A stretch of 64,000 nt of DNA from Arenicellales bacterium (GTDB taxonomy: Bacteria; Pseudomonadota; Gammaproteobacteria; Arenicellales; JAANXG01), in assembly GCA_965216665.1 (NCBI GenBank), contig OZ244194.1, positions 2,232,368 to 2,296,367 of the forward strand. The letters run 5' to 3'. Position numbers and translations under genes: made by a program. Below are positions 25,115 to 33,910 of this stretch, piece after piece. Numbering within the stretch: the stretch's first letter is position 1; each line of letters begins with the position of its first letter. The notes under the pieces were generated by a model, which was not told the DNA's origin, did no database searches, and worked only from the letters and a program-made list of their open reading frames with translations.

Positions 25115-27274
25115 CTAAAACTTGCCGTAGTAGCCTTCTTTGAGCGCATCGAAAAGGTTGGCCGCAGTATGCGTTTCTCCATCGTAGTCGATTTCTTCGT
25201 CACCCCGCGCGGTGATGACAGTACCGTCTTCCAGCACAAACTCATACACCGTGTTCGCCAGATCGCGTTCCTGTACCAACACCCCCTGAAACGCCTCTGG
25301 GTTGAAGCGGAATGTCGTGCAACCTTTAAGGCCCTGGTCATAGGCATAAAGGTAGACGTCCTTGAACGCGTCAAATGCGAAACCGGTGGGCACGTTGGCG
25401 GTCTTGGAGATGGACGAATCAATCCATTTCTGCGCCGCCGCCTGGATATCCACGTGTTCCTTCGGCGTAATGTCGTCGACGGAGGTAAAGTAGTCGGGCA
25501 GCGCGTGATCCGCGTCGGAAGCGTCCGGCACGGCTTCGGGGTCTACGAGAGCGCGGTAGGCCAATAGCTCGTAGGAGTATACCTCGACTTTGTCTTTCGT
25601 CTTTTTCCCTTCGCGGATCAGATTGCGGTAGTAGGCGTGCGCAAAACTGGGCTCGATGCCATTGCTCGCGTTATTCGCCAGCGCCAACGAAATCGTGCCG
25701 CTGGGGGCGATGGAACTGTGGTGGGTAAACCGCGCGCCGACCTCCGCAAGTTCAGCGACCAGCTCCGGCTCTATCGACGCCAACCGCTGCATATATCGGC
25801 TGTAGCGTGCGTGCAGGACCTTACCCCGCACCTCATCGCCTTCCCGGTAGCCGTCCTTCTTCATTTCCGGACGCCGAGCCAGCATGCCCCGCGTCACAGT
25901 GAAAGCCTGGTCCAGAAGCGGGGCCGGGCCTTTCTCCTTCGTCAGCGCCAAGGCCTGCTTCCAGCCGGTAACAGCCAGCTCACGCGACACACGCTCCGTG
26001 AATTCGATCGATTCCGGCCCGCCGTACCGCATCCGCAGCATCGCCAGGGCCGAACCCAGGCCGAGAAAACCCATTCCATGACGCCGCTTCTGGGCGATCT
26101 CCTCACGCTGTTCGGCGAGCGGCAAGCCGTTGATCTCTACCACATTGTCGAGTAAGCGCGTGAAGACGGCGACGATTTCGCGAAAGCGCTCCCAGTCGAA
26201 GCGCGCGTTCGGGGTGAAGGGGTCTTCGACGAACACGGTCAGGTTGATCGAGCCCAACAGGCAGGCGCCGTAGGGCGGCAGCGGTTGCTCGCCACATGGG
26301 TTGGTCGCACGCACCTCTTCGCAAAACCAGTTGTTGTTCATCTCGTTGATGCGGTCGATAAGAATGAACCCCGGCTCCGCGTAGTCGTAGGTCGACCTCA
26401 TGATCAAGTCCCACAATCGTCGCGCCTTGACGGTATGGTAAATGCGACACGCCACTCGGCCCGCGTCGTCGGCGATGTAACCGTCGTTGACAGGCCAGTT
26501 CCGCCACACGAACTTGTCGGCATCGTCAACATCCAGGTCCTCCTCCTGGACTTCCTGCTCCAGGACCGGGAACGCCAGCGGCCAGTCCGCGTCATCCTTT
26601 ACCGCTGTTACGAATTCGTCGGTGATCAACAACGACATGTTGAACTGCCGCAAACGGCCCTGCTCCCGTTTCGCGCGCACGAAGTCCACGACATCAGGGT
26701 GTCCAACATCGAACGTGGCCATTTGCGCACCGCGCCGCCCACCCGCCGAAGACACCGTGAAACACATACGGTCGTAAATGTCCATGAACGACAACGGGCC
26801 GGATGTATACGCCCCGGCGCCGGACACGTAGGCGCCCTTCGGACGCAGCGTAGAGAACTCGTACCCGACTCCGCATCCAGCTTTGAGCGTCAGACCCGCT
26901 TCATGCACGCGGCCCAGAATATCGTCCATGGAATCGTGTATCGTCCCGGAAACCGTGCAGTTGATGGTGGAAGTGGCGGGCTTTTCCGCCGCCGCACCGG
27001 CATTGGAGACGATGCGTCCGGCGGGAATCGCACCGTTACGCAACGCCCACAGGAACCGCTCGTACCAGGTCTCCCGGATCTCCTCGCGCTCGAGATCCGC
27101 CACCGTTCGCGCGACGCGCTTGAACGTATCATCCAGCGTTTCGTCTATCGCCCGCCCGTCTTTGCTGCACAAGCGATATTTCGTGTTCCACACGTCGCGC
27201 GAAACGGGTTGTAAAGCCACGCCGTTGGTCTTGTTATCGGTTTTCAGAGAAGCTTTGTTCATAAAGTCAGTCAC
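25115..27274 (-). CDS. nrdJa: class II (adenosylcobalamin-dependent) ribonucleotide reductase, large fragment NrdJa
   Basis: TNPCGEQPLPPYGACLLGSINL active-site loop, 719 aa. Confidence 0.9.
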   Translation of the reverse strand: MTDFMNKASLKTDNKTNGVALQPVSRDVWNTKYRLCSKDGRAIDETLDDTFKRVARTVADLEREEIRETWYERFLWALRNGAIPAGRIVSNAGAAAEKPATSTINCTVSGTIHDSMDDILGRVHEAGLTLKAGCGVGYEFSTLRPKGAYVSGAGAYTSGPLSFMDIYDRMCFTVSSAGGRRGAQMATFDVGHPDVVDFVRAKREQGRLRQFNMSLLITDEFVTAVKDDADWPLAFPVLEQEVQEEDLDVDDADKFVWRNWPVNDGYIADDAGRVACRIYHTVKARRLWDLIMRSTYDYAEPGFILIDRINEMNNNWFCEEVRATNPCGEQPLPPYGACLLGSINLTVFVEDPFTPNARFDWERFREIVAVFTRLLDNVVEINGLPLAEQREEIAQKRRHGMGFLGLGSALAMLRMRYGGPESIEFTERVSRELAVTGWKQALALTKEKGPAPLLDQAFTVTRGMLARRPEMKKDGYREGDEVRGKVLHARYSRYMQRLASIEPELVAELAEVGARFTHHSSIAPSGTISLALANNASNGIEPSFAHAYYRNLIREGKKTKDKVEVYSYELLAYRALVDPEAVPDASDADHALPDYFTSVDDITPKEHVDIQAAAQKWIDSSISKTANVPTGFAFDAFKDVYLYAYDQGLKGCTTFRFNPEAFQGVLVQERDLANTVYEFVLEDGTVITARGDEEIDYDGETHTAANLFDALKEGYYGKF

Positions 27275-27414
27275 AGTGCTATTGCAAGTCGGTAAAACGT
27301 GTCAGGACAGGGAAGTGTACTGCCAAGCCGTGTCCCGGCGAAAGCGGTGAATCCCGCCGCAAGTCGCGGGCGAACCGCAGCACCGGGAATCGGGCGTACT
27401 TTCCGGAAATAACC

Positions 27415-27442
27415 GGGGGAGAGCCCGAACGGACTCTCCCCC
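27415..27442 (-). other. strong GC hairpin between the nrdAB-orf unit and nrdJa (possible attenuator or terminator)
   Basis: GGGGGAGAG / CTCTCCCCC perfect 9-bp arms plus 2 inner pairs around a GAAC loop. On the - strand it is followed by GGUUAUUUCC, which is only weakly U-rich. Confidence 0.35.
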
Positions 27443-27541
27443 CAATGTAACGCGGCCCGAAGTGGCGCCGCCGCGGTTATTATTGTTATTGAGTCAAGCC
27501 CCTGTTGTTGTGCAACTGCGTTCCCTGATTCTTTCGCCCGT

Positions 27542-27826
27542 CTAATGGCTCGACGAGACAGTGATCGATTCCATCGCGACATCTCCCAATTGCTCACGAA
27601 TTCTCCGCACCACCTCCGGTGAGCCCTGGATTTCGTAACGCAAGTTCGCAAAATCTTTCCCCACTACCCAGACACGCGGTGGCCGGCCCGTCACCGGATC
27701 GGAAATATCGCCCAACTTTCGGTTGATTTCGCGCATCATGAAGATCAAGGTCTCCCGCTCCGCCGAATCACCGAAGTACAGGGGGTCCAAAAAACGCCCA
27801 CCGATCTCGAATTTCACGTCTAACAT
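27542..27826 (-). CDS. hypothetical 94-aa protein downstream of nrdB
   Basis: MLDVKFEIGGRFLDPLYFGDSAERETLIFMMREINRKLGD.... It has no Cys, so it is not a YfaE-type ferredoxin. It starts 47 bp after the nrdB stop on the same strand. Confidence 0.5.
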   Translation of the reverse strand: MLDVKFEIGGRFLDPLYFGDSAERETLIFMMREINRKLGDISDPVTGRPPRVWVVGKDFANLRYEIQGSPEVVRRIREQLGDVAMESITVSSSH

Positions 27827-27873
27827 CGAACGTTATCTCCGCGCGCAAAGAAATCTTGTGCCCGCCGTCCGCA

Positions 27874-29070
27874 TCAATCCCAGCTCAGCGAGCCGCCTGT
27901 CTGGTACTCAATGACACGAGTCTCGAAGAAATTCTTTTCTTTTTTCAAGTCCATCATCTCGCTCATCCATGGGAACGGATTGCTCGCGCCGGGATACAGT
28001 TCGGACAACCCGATCTGGCTGCAACGCCGGTTGGCGATGAATTTCAAATACTCGTTGAACATGTTTGCATTCAATCCCAGGACCCCGCGCGGCATCGTGT
28101 CATGAGCGTAGCGAATCTCCAAGTCCGTGGCTTCGGCGATCATTCCATGTACTTCGCGTTGGAAATCCGCGGTCCAGGCGTGTGGGTTCTCAATCTTGAT
28201 CTGATTGATGACATCGATGCCGAAATTCATGTGCATCGACTCATCACGCATGATGTACTGAATCTGCTCGCTGGTGCCCATCATCTTGTTTCGGCGCCCG
28301 AAACTGAGTAATTGAACGAACCCCACGTAGAAGAAAATCCCTTCGAAAACCACATAGAAAGCGATCAAGTCCCGGAGCAGGCGCTGATCATCCTCCAGAG
28401 TCCCGGTTTGAAAGTCGGGATCGGCGAGAGACTGTGTGTACGGCAGCGCCCAGGCTGCCTTGTCATGTACTGCCGGCACCTCGCGGTACATGTTGAACAC
28501 CTCGGCCTCGTCCAGCCCGAGGCTTTCCACACAATACTGGTAGGCGTGGGTGTGCACGGCCTCCTCGAACGCCTGCCGCAGCAGGTACTGGCGGCACTCG
28601 GGGTTGGTAATGTGGCGATAGACCGCCAGCACCAGATTGTTCGCGACCAGCGAGTCGGCGCTTGCAAAAAAACCGAGACTGCGCTTGATGATGGTTCTCT
28701 CGTCGTCGGTGAGGCCGACCGGGTCCCGCCACGTGGCGATATCCGCCGACATGTTGATTTCCTGGGGCATCCAATGGTTGGCACAACCCTGAAGATACTT
28801 TTCCCACGCCCACTTGTATTTGAACGGTACGAGCTGATTCAGGTCAGCCTTGCAGTTGATGATCTGTTTGTCGTCCACCTGAATACGCGACGCCCCCATC
28901 TCCAGGTTTTCGATACCGGTGGCGCCGGCGTGCCGCTCGCTGTCAAAGGGGGCGGATACGGATGACGGCCCCAACAACGGCTCCGGCACATCGCACGGCT
29001 GCAACGTTGCCGGATCACCGACAGGCTCGGGTCTTTCTCCGGCGCCCGCCGGTTCGTCCCAACTCAACAT
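27874..29070 (-). CDS. nrdB: class Ia ribonucleotide reductase beta subunit
   Basis: ...[12 protein letters not shown]... and ...[10 protein letters not shown]...[10 protein letters not shown]... are the di-iron/tyrosyl motifs. GGAGG SD. Confidence 0.9.
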   Translation of the reverse strand: MLSWDEPAGAGERPEPVGDPATLQPCDVPEPLLGPSSVSAPFDSERHAGATGIENLEMGASRIQVDDKQIINCKADLNQLVPFKYKWAWEKYLQGCANHWMPQEINMSADIATWRDPVGLTDDERTIIKRSLGFFASADSLVANNLVLAVYRHITNPECRQYLLRQAFEEAVHTHAYQYCVESLGLDEAEVFNMYREVPAVHDKAAWALPYTQSLADPDFQTGTLEDDQRLLRDLIAFYVVFEGIFFYVGFVQLLSFGRRNKMMGTSEQIQYIMRDESMHMNFGIDVINQIKIENPHAWTADFQREVHGMIAEATDLEIRYAHDTMPRGVLGLNANMFNEYLKFIANRRCSQIGLSELYPGASNPFPWMSEMMDLKKEKNFFETRVIEYQTGGSLSWD

Positions 29071-29190
29071 CGGTCTACCTCCACAAGTTTTATAGGTGGT
29101 GTACCCGCCTCACGTGCCCGGGATCTATACCTTTGGTTATTACTTGGTTTACCCCGCCCACCCGGTGCGGCTCAGCGTCGCATCCCTATA

Positions 29191-29213
29191 CCCTCCCCCA
29201 TGAAGGGGGAGGG
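29191..29213 (-). other. perfect 9-bp-stem hairpin in the nrdA-nrdB intercistronic spacer
   Basis: CCCTCCCCC-atgaa-GGGGGAGGG, read directly. No U-run follows it. Confidence 0.5.
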
Positions 29214-29257
29214 ATAAGGAGACGTCCATGTCACCGGGAGGAGGAGAAAGCCGGTCC

Positions 29258-32131
29258 TTATTGACAAGCCTCACACTCCGGATCATCGATCGCGCAGGCA
29301 GCCGGCGTTCCGGCGGCACCGGGTTCCGACTGCACGCGGTTCAGTTTCCCATCGGCAATAGTGCTTTTCTCGGAATGCGTCGCACCCATCGTTCTCAGGT
29401 AATACGTTGTTTTCAGGCCCCGCTTCCAGGCCAGCTTGTACAGCGCGTCCAATTTCGGTCCCGAGGGTTCGGCCATGTACAGGTTGAGGCTCTGCGCTTG
29501 ATCGATCCATTTCTGCCGCCGCGACGCCGACTCCACCAACCATTTCGGGTCGATTTCGAACGCACACTTGTATATCGCTTTCAAATCATCCGGGATGCGA
29601 TCGATGGATTGCACCGATCCGTCGAAGTACTTGAGATCATGGGCCATGACTTCGTCCCACAGACCTCGCTCCTTGAGGTCCTGGACGAGATATGGGTTGA
29701 CCACCGTGAATTCGCCGGAGAGATTCGATTTCACATACAGGTTCTGGTACGTCGGTTCGATGGACTGACTGACGCCGGTAATGTTGGCGATGGTGGCCGT
29801 CGGTGCAATCGCCATCGTATTCGAGTTGCGCATACCGGTCGCCTTGACCCGCTCGCGCAGCGCATCCCAGTCCAGCATCTGGTTGATATCCTGCTCCAGA
29901 TACTCGGCACCGCGCTCGCGCTCTACGATGCGGATGGAGTCGATCGGCAAAATGCCCCGACTCCATAGCGACCCGTCAAAGCTCGAATACACCCCGCGCT
30001 CTTGAGCGAGCTCGGTCGAAGCCTGGATCGCGTAATAACTGATGTACTCCATAGTCGTATCGGCAAACTGCACTGCCGCCTCCGACTCATACGGCGTCTT
30101 CAGCATATACAACGCGTCCTGAAACCCCATCAGCCCCATACCCACCGGTCGGTGTCGAAGATTGGAACGTCGGGCCTGGGGTACGCTGTAGTAGTTGATA
30201 TCGATCACGTTGTCGAGCATCCGGATCGCCGTGCGGACGGTGGCGGCGAGCTTTTCGGTATCCAATCGATCACCGACGATGTGTGCCGGGAGGTTGATGG
30301 AGCCCAGATTGCACACTGCGATCTCTTTGTCCGATGTATTCAGAGTGATTTCCGTGCACAAGTTGGAACTGTGCACGACGCCTGCGTGCTGCTGCGGGTT
30401 GCGCAGATTGCAGACATCCTTGAACGTCATCCATGGATGGCCGGTTTCGAACAGCAGCGACAGCATCTTGCGCCATAACTGTACGGCCGGCATGCGCTTG
30501 TAGTTTCGGATTTCGCCGCGGTCGGCGCGCGCCTCGAACTCGGTGTACGCCTTCGCAAACGCCTCGCCGGACAGGTCGTGAAGCGCGCCGACTTCGTCGG
30601 GCGAGAACAGGGTCCAATCCTGGCCCGCGGCCACCCGTTTCATGAACAGATCCGGAATCCAGTTGGCGGTGTTCATGTCGTGGGTGCGTCGCCGATCGTC
30701 GCCCGTGTTCTTACGCAGTTCGAGGTATTCTTCGATATCGAGATGCCACGTTTCCAGATAAGAACAAACAGCGCCCTTACGCTTGCCGCCTTGATTTACC
30801 GCCACCGCGGTATCGTTCACAACTTTGAGAAACGGCACCACGCCCTGCGACTTGCCGTTGGTCCCCTTGATGTGCGCACCCATGGCGCGCACCCGTGTCC
30901 AGTCGTTACCGAGTCCACCGGCGAACTTCGACAACAGAGCGTTGTCTCTGATCGCGCTGTATATGCCATCGAGATCATCCGGTACCGAGGTCAGATAACA
31001 AGACGACAGCTGCGGGCGCAGTGTACCTGCGTTGAACAGGGTTGGCGTACTGCTCATGAAATCGAATTTCGACAGCACGTTGTAGAATTCGATGGCGCGC
31101 TCTTCGCGATTGATCTCCTGTAGGCTCAAACCCATGGCGACGCGCATGAAAAACGCCTGCGGCAGCTCGAAACGCGTACCATGGCTGTGTATGAAGTATC
31201 GGTCGTACAGAGTCTGCAGACCGAGGTAGGTGAATTTGAGATCCCGATCGGGCGCCAACGCACTGCCCAACTGATCGAGATCGAACTCCAACAATTTCGG
31301 ATCGAGAAGCTCGAGTTCGACACCATGCGCGACGAAGTTCCTGAAATACTCGGCGTAGAGCCCGGCCATCTCCGCTTGGGTCGCGGTCTGGGTGTGAAAA
31401 TCGATGAACTGCAATGCTTCGTGCCGCGCCTGGTCGAGTAACAGGCGCGCGGCGACGTAGGTGTAGTTGGGCTCCGCCTCGATCAGCGCGCGGGCGGACA
31501 GGATCAGAGCCTGCGCCAGTTCGTGTTCGGTGATCCCATTGTAGACGTTGCGCAGCGTATCCTGGATGATGCGCGCGGCGTCGACGTCATCCGTCCCTTC
31601 GCAAGCCTCGGTGATCAAACGTTCCAAACGTCGAACGTCGAGGGTGGTGGATGTGCCGTTCTTGCGCGACACCTGAATCTCGAGTTCGCCGCCGCCGCTT
31701 TCTTGCGTGGCGCTCTTCGCCGCACGCGCCTGCGCCCGCTGCTCGCGATATAGGACGTAAGTTCGCGCGACCTTCTGCTCGCCGGCGCGCATCAGCGCCA
31801 GCTCCACGTGGTCCTGGATGTCCTCGATGTGAACCGTGCCCCCGCCCGGCAGATTGCGCGTCACCGCCCGCATCACGTCTTCGGTCAAACGACTGACGAG
31901 CTCGTGCACACGCGCACTGGCAGCCGCCGTGCCCCCCTCCACGGCCAAGAACGCCTTGGTCATCGCGACCGCAATTTTGCTGGCGTCGAAAGGCGTGACT
32001 TTCCCGTTGCGCCGGATGACGCGCATGTCGCCCGGCCGGTTGGCACTCAGATCGACCGCGGCCGGCACAGGCGTCGGCCGCGGGCCGTTCTCCGGCGCCT
32101 GATCCTCCCGAATGAATGGTGTGTTCTGCAT
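29258..32131 (-). CDS. nrdA: class Ia ribonucleotide reductase alpha subunit
   Basis: ATP-cone (VIRRNGKVTPFDASKI). Catalytic ...SNLCTEI... and a C-terminal CxxC tail (DDPECEACQ). I chose ATG 32131 with a GGAGGAG SD; the ORF opens at 32167. Confidence 0.9.
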   Translation of the reverse strand: MQNTPFIREDQAPENGPRPTPVPAAVDLSANRPGDMRVIRRNGKVTPFDASKIAVAMTKAFLAVEGGTAAASARVHELVSRLTEDVMRAVTRNLPGGGTVHIEDIQDHVELALMRAGEQKVARTYVLYREQRAQARAAKSATQESGGGELEIQVSRKNGTSTTLDVRRLERLITEACEGTDDVDAARIIQDTLRNVYNGITEHELAQALILSARALIEAEPNYTYVAARLLLDQARHEALQFIDFHTQTATQAEMAGLYAEYFRNFVAHGVELELLDPKLLEFDLDQLGSALAPDRDLKFTYLGLQTLYDRYFIHSHGTRFELPQAFFMRVAMGLSLQEINREERAIEFYNVLSKFDFMSSTPTLFNAGTLRPQLSSCYLTSVPDDLDGIYSAIRDNALLSKFAGGLGNDWTRVRAMGAHIKGTNGKSQGVVPFLKVVNDTAVAVNQGGKRKGAVCSYLETWHLDIEEYLELRKNTGDDRRRTHDMNTANWIPDLFMKRVAAGQDWTLFSPDEVGALHDLSGEAFAKAYTEFEARADRGEIRNYKRMPAVQLWRKMLSLLFETGHPWMTFKDVCNLRNPQQHAGVVHSSNLCTEITLNTSDKEIAVCNLGSINLPAHIVGDRLDTEKLAATVRTAIRMLDNVIDINYYSVPQARRSNLRHRPVGMGLMGFQDALYMLKTPYESEAAVQFADTTMEYISYYAIQASTELAQERGVYSSFDGSLWSRGILPIDSIRIVERERGAEYLEQDINQMLDWDALRERVKATGMRNSNTMAIAPTATIANITGVSQSIEPTYQNLYVKSNLSGEFTVVNPYLVQDLKERGLWDEVMAHDLKYFDGSVQSIDRIPDDLKAIYKCAFEIDPKWLVESASRRQKWIDQAQSLNLYMAEPSGPKLDALYKLAWKRGLKTTYYLRTMGATHSEKSTIADGKLNRVQSEPGAAGTPAACAIDDPECEACQ

Positions 32132-32255
32132 CGCTCCTCCCGCTGTGAGTCTCGCAGCGCGACGCATCCTGCCCGTGAACCCCTCGCTCCCCTGAGTGCG
32201 CCCTTCTTAAGACTTGACGACTGCCATACCACTGCTGCGGCCCGGATTCCGCAAA

Positions 32256-32271
32256 CCCCTATATATTGTGG
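32256..32271 (-). promoter_or_regulatory. candidate NrdR box 1 upstream of nrdA
   Basis: The - strand reads CCACAATATATAGGGG, matching 13 of 16 positions of the remembered consensus acaCwAtATaTwGtgt. Confidence 0.5.
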
Positions 32272-32287
32272 TAACGAGCCGTAGCGA

Positions 32288-32303
32288 ACCTAAGATAATG
32301 GGT
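32288..32303 (-). promoter_or_regulatory. candidate NrdR box 2 (weaker) upstream of nrdA
   Basis: ACCTAAGATAATGGGT matches about 11 of 16. Its centre is 32 bp from box 1, the usual tandem-box spacing. Confidence 0.35.
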
Positions 32304-32382
32304 TTTGGGCGAAATCGCAATAGCGAACGGCGGAAAATGACGAGCCCGGCGACAGACGGGCGCGCGGGCGTGTACGCTGCGC

Positions 32383-33480
32383 CTAGCGGCGTTCCGTCAG
32401 TGCCCAGAATCGGGCGATGTGGTAGGCGGCGCAGATACCGGCGGCAAGTACGTAGTCGGTCGCGCGGCCGCACTGATCCGGCTGCGGATCGACCCCGGCT
32501 GGGGCCGGATTGATCGGGACACCGTGGTCCATGCCGTCCAGTAAGAACCATTCGACCACCGGTCGCCCGTGCGCGTCGTGGTACTCGCGACGGAGGTGAC
32601 CGGCGATCGATTGTTCGTGATCGGCGCGCGCGTCGGTACCGTGCACACCGGTCCACTGATCGACGAGCTCGGCCGCGTTCCGCGCGCCGACGGTTCGGTC
32701 GGCGGTCCCGTGCCAGATCGACACGCGCGGCCAGCGCGGCGGGCGCGGCGCGCCGGACTCCCACACGCGTTCTCGCCAGACGTGCGGCGCGTGGTCGAAC
32801 CCGGGCTCCATACAGGCGAAGGGATCGGTAAAGCCCAACCACAGCGCGGCATAGGACACGGACGCCAGGGGAACGTAGTCGGGAACCCGCGAACACCGAT
32901 AGGGAATCCCGGCGACAATGGCGCCCCCGGCAAACGTCTCCGGGTACGCTGCCAGCATCACGGCGGTCATCGCGCCGCCGGCGGACAGTCCCGTGATGAA
33001 CACGCGTTCCGGGTCCAGCGACCACTCGCGGATCGCCGTGTCGGTCATCTGTTTGATCGACAACGCCTCGCCGTGGTCACGCACTTGGTCGCCGCGGTAG
33101 AACCAATTGAAGCAACCGAGCGGGTTGTTGCCCCACCAAGGGTGGGTCTTCTGTTCCGGAAACACGAGTGCAAACCCAAAGCGGTTCGCCACTTCAACCC
33201 AGCCGGTCTCGTCGTCGTAGGCGGCCGCCGACTGTCGACAACCGTGTAACGCGACCACCAGCGCGGCGCCGGTCGCAAGACCCGCAGGCCGATATCCCCA
33301 CATCCGCAAGTTGCCCGGATTGCTGCCGAACTCCTCGATTTCGACGCGCTGGGCGGTCGCTACGTCGCTACTCCCCAGACCCGCGACCAGCGCCACTGCC
33401 GGCAGTCCGCCGACGACACGGCGGCCCAGACGCGAGAACCGGCTACCAGGCCCGGAACGGGTGCTGCGCGAGGTACGCAT
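32383..33480 (-). CDS. secreted PHB-depolymerase-family esterase (LpqC-like)
   Basis: RR-containing signal peptide. FGSNPGNLRMWGYRP; nucleophile elbow GLSAGGAM; ...WHGTADRTV.... Confidence 0.8.
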   Translation of the reverse strand: MRTSRSTRSGPGSRFSRLGRRVVGGLPAVALVAGLGSSDVATAQRVEIEEFGSNPGNLRMWGYRPAGLATGAALVVALHGCRQSAAAYDDETGWVEVANRFGFALVFPEQKTHPWWGNNPLGCFNWFYRGDQVRDHGEALSIKQMTDTAIREWSLDPERVFITGLSAGGAMTAVMLAAYPETFAGGAIVAGIPYRCSRVPDYVPLASVSYAALWLGFTDPFACMEPGFDHAPHVWRERVWESGAPRPPRWPRVSIWHGTADRTVGARNAAELVDQWTGVHGTDARADHEQSIAGHLRREYHDAHGRPVVEWFLLDGMDHGVPINPAPAGVDPQPDQCGRATDYVLAAGICAAYHIARFWALTERR

Positions 33481-33910
33481 TCAGATACCGGACATCTCCG
33501 GATACCTCTTCGCCGAGCCATTCCGGGCGTTCGAACGGCTGGTTCTCGCTTTCCAGCTCCAGCTCCGCGACCACCAGACCGGTATTGTCGCCGCCGAACT
33601 CATCCACTTCCCAGGTATGGCCCCGATACTCGATGAAATGTCGCCGTTTGACGAGTTGCCGGCCGGCGCAGAGCTCGCGGAATATCTGTTCCGCGTCCGT
33701 CATCGGAATGTCGTAGTCGAACTCCACCCGGCGCAGAGCGGTGCTGGCCTGCTTGATGTTCAGGGTCGCGCGACCCGCCTGCAGACGCACCCGCACGGCG
33801 CACTGATCATTGATCGCCAGATAACCCTGACGGTAGTCGGCGGTGCGTGTCGCCTGGGTACGCCACGCATCACCGACAACCAGGAATTTTCGCTCGATTT
33901 CTTCAGCCAT
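33443..33910 (-). CDS. stand-alone CYTH domain protein (triphosphate tunnel metalloenzyme)
   Basis: MAEEIERKFLV (ExExK signature) and ...LVVAELELESE.... ATG 33910 overlaps the ParA-like stop by 8 nt. Confidence 0.85.
   Translation of the reverse strand: MAEEIERKFLVVGDAWRTQATRTADYRQGYLAINDQCAVRVRLQAGRATLNIKQASTALRRVEFDYDIPMTDAEQIFRELCAGRQLVKRRHFIEYRGHTWEVDEFGGDNTGLVVAELELESENQPFERPEWLGEEVSGDVRYLNAYLAQHPFRAW

Noticed and set aside
27290-27480. Possible cobalamin riboswitch in front of the B12-dependent nrdJa (GGTGAATCCC at 27346-27355, GGGAA at 27310-27314).
   Set aside because: The riboswitch-like strings are on the + strand, opposite to nrdJa. They are not in the conserved order or spacing, and I found no B12 box (AGxCxGGAxGACCUGCC-like) on either strand. 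An Infernal scan is needed to be certain.
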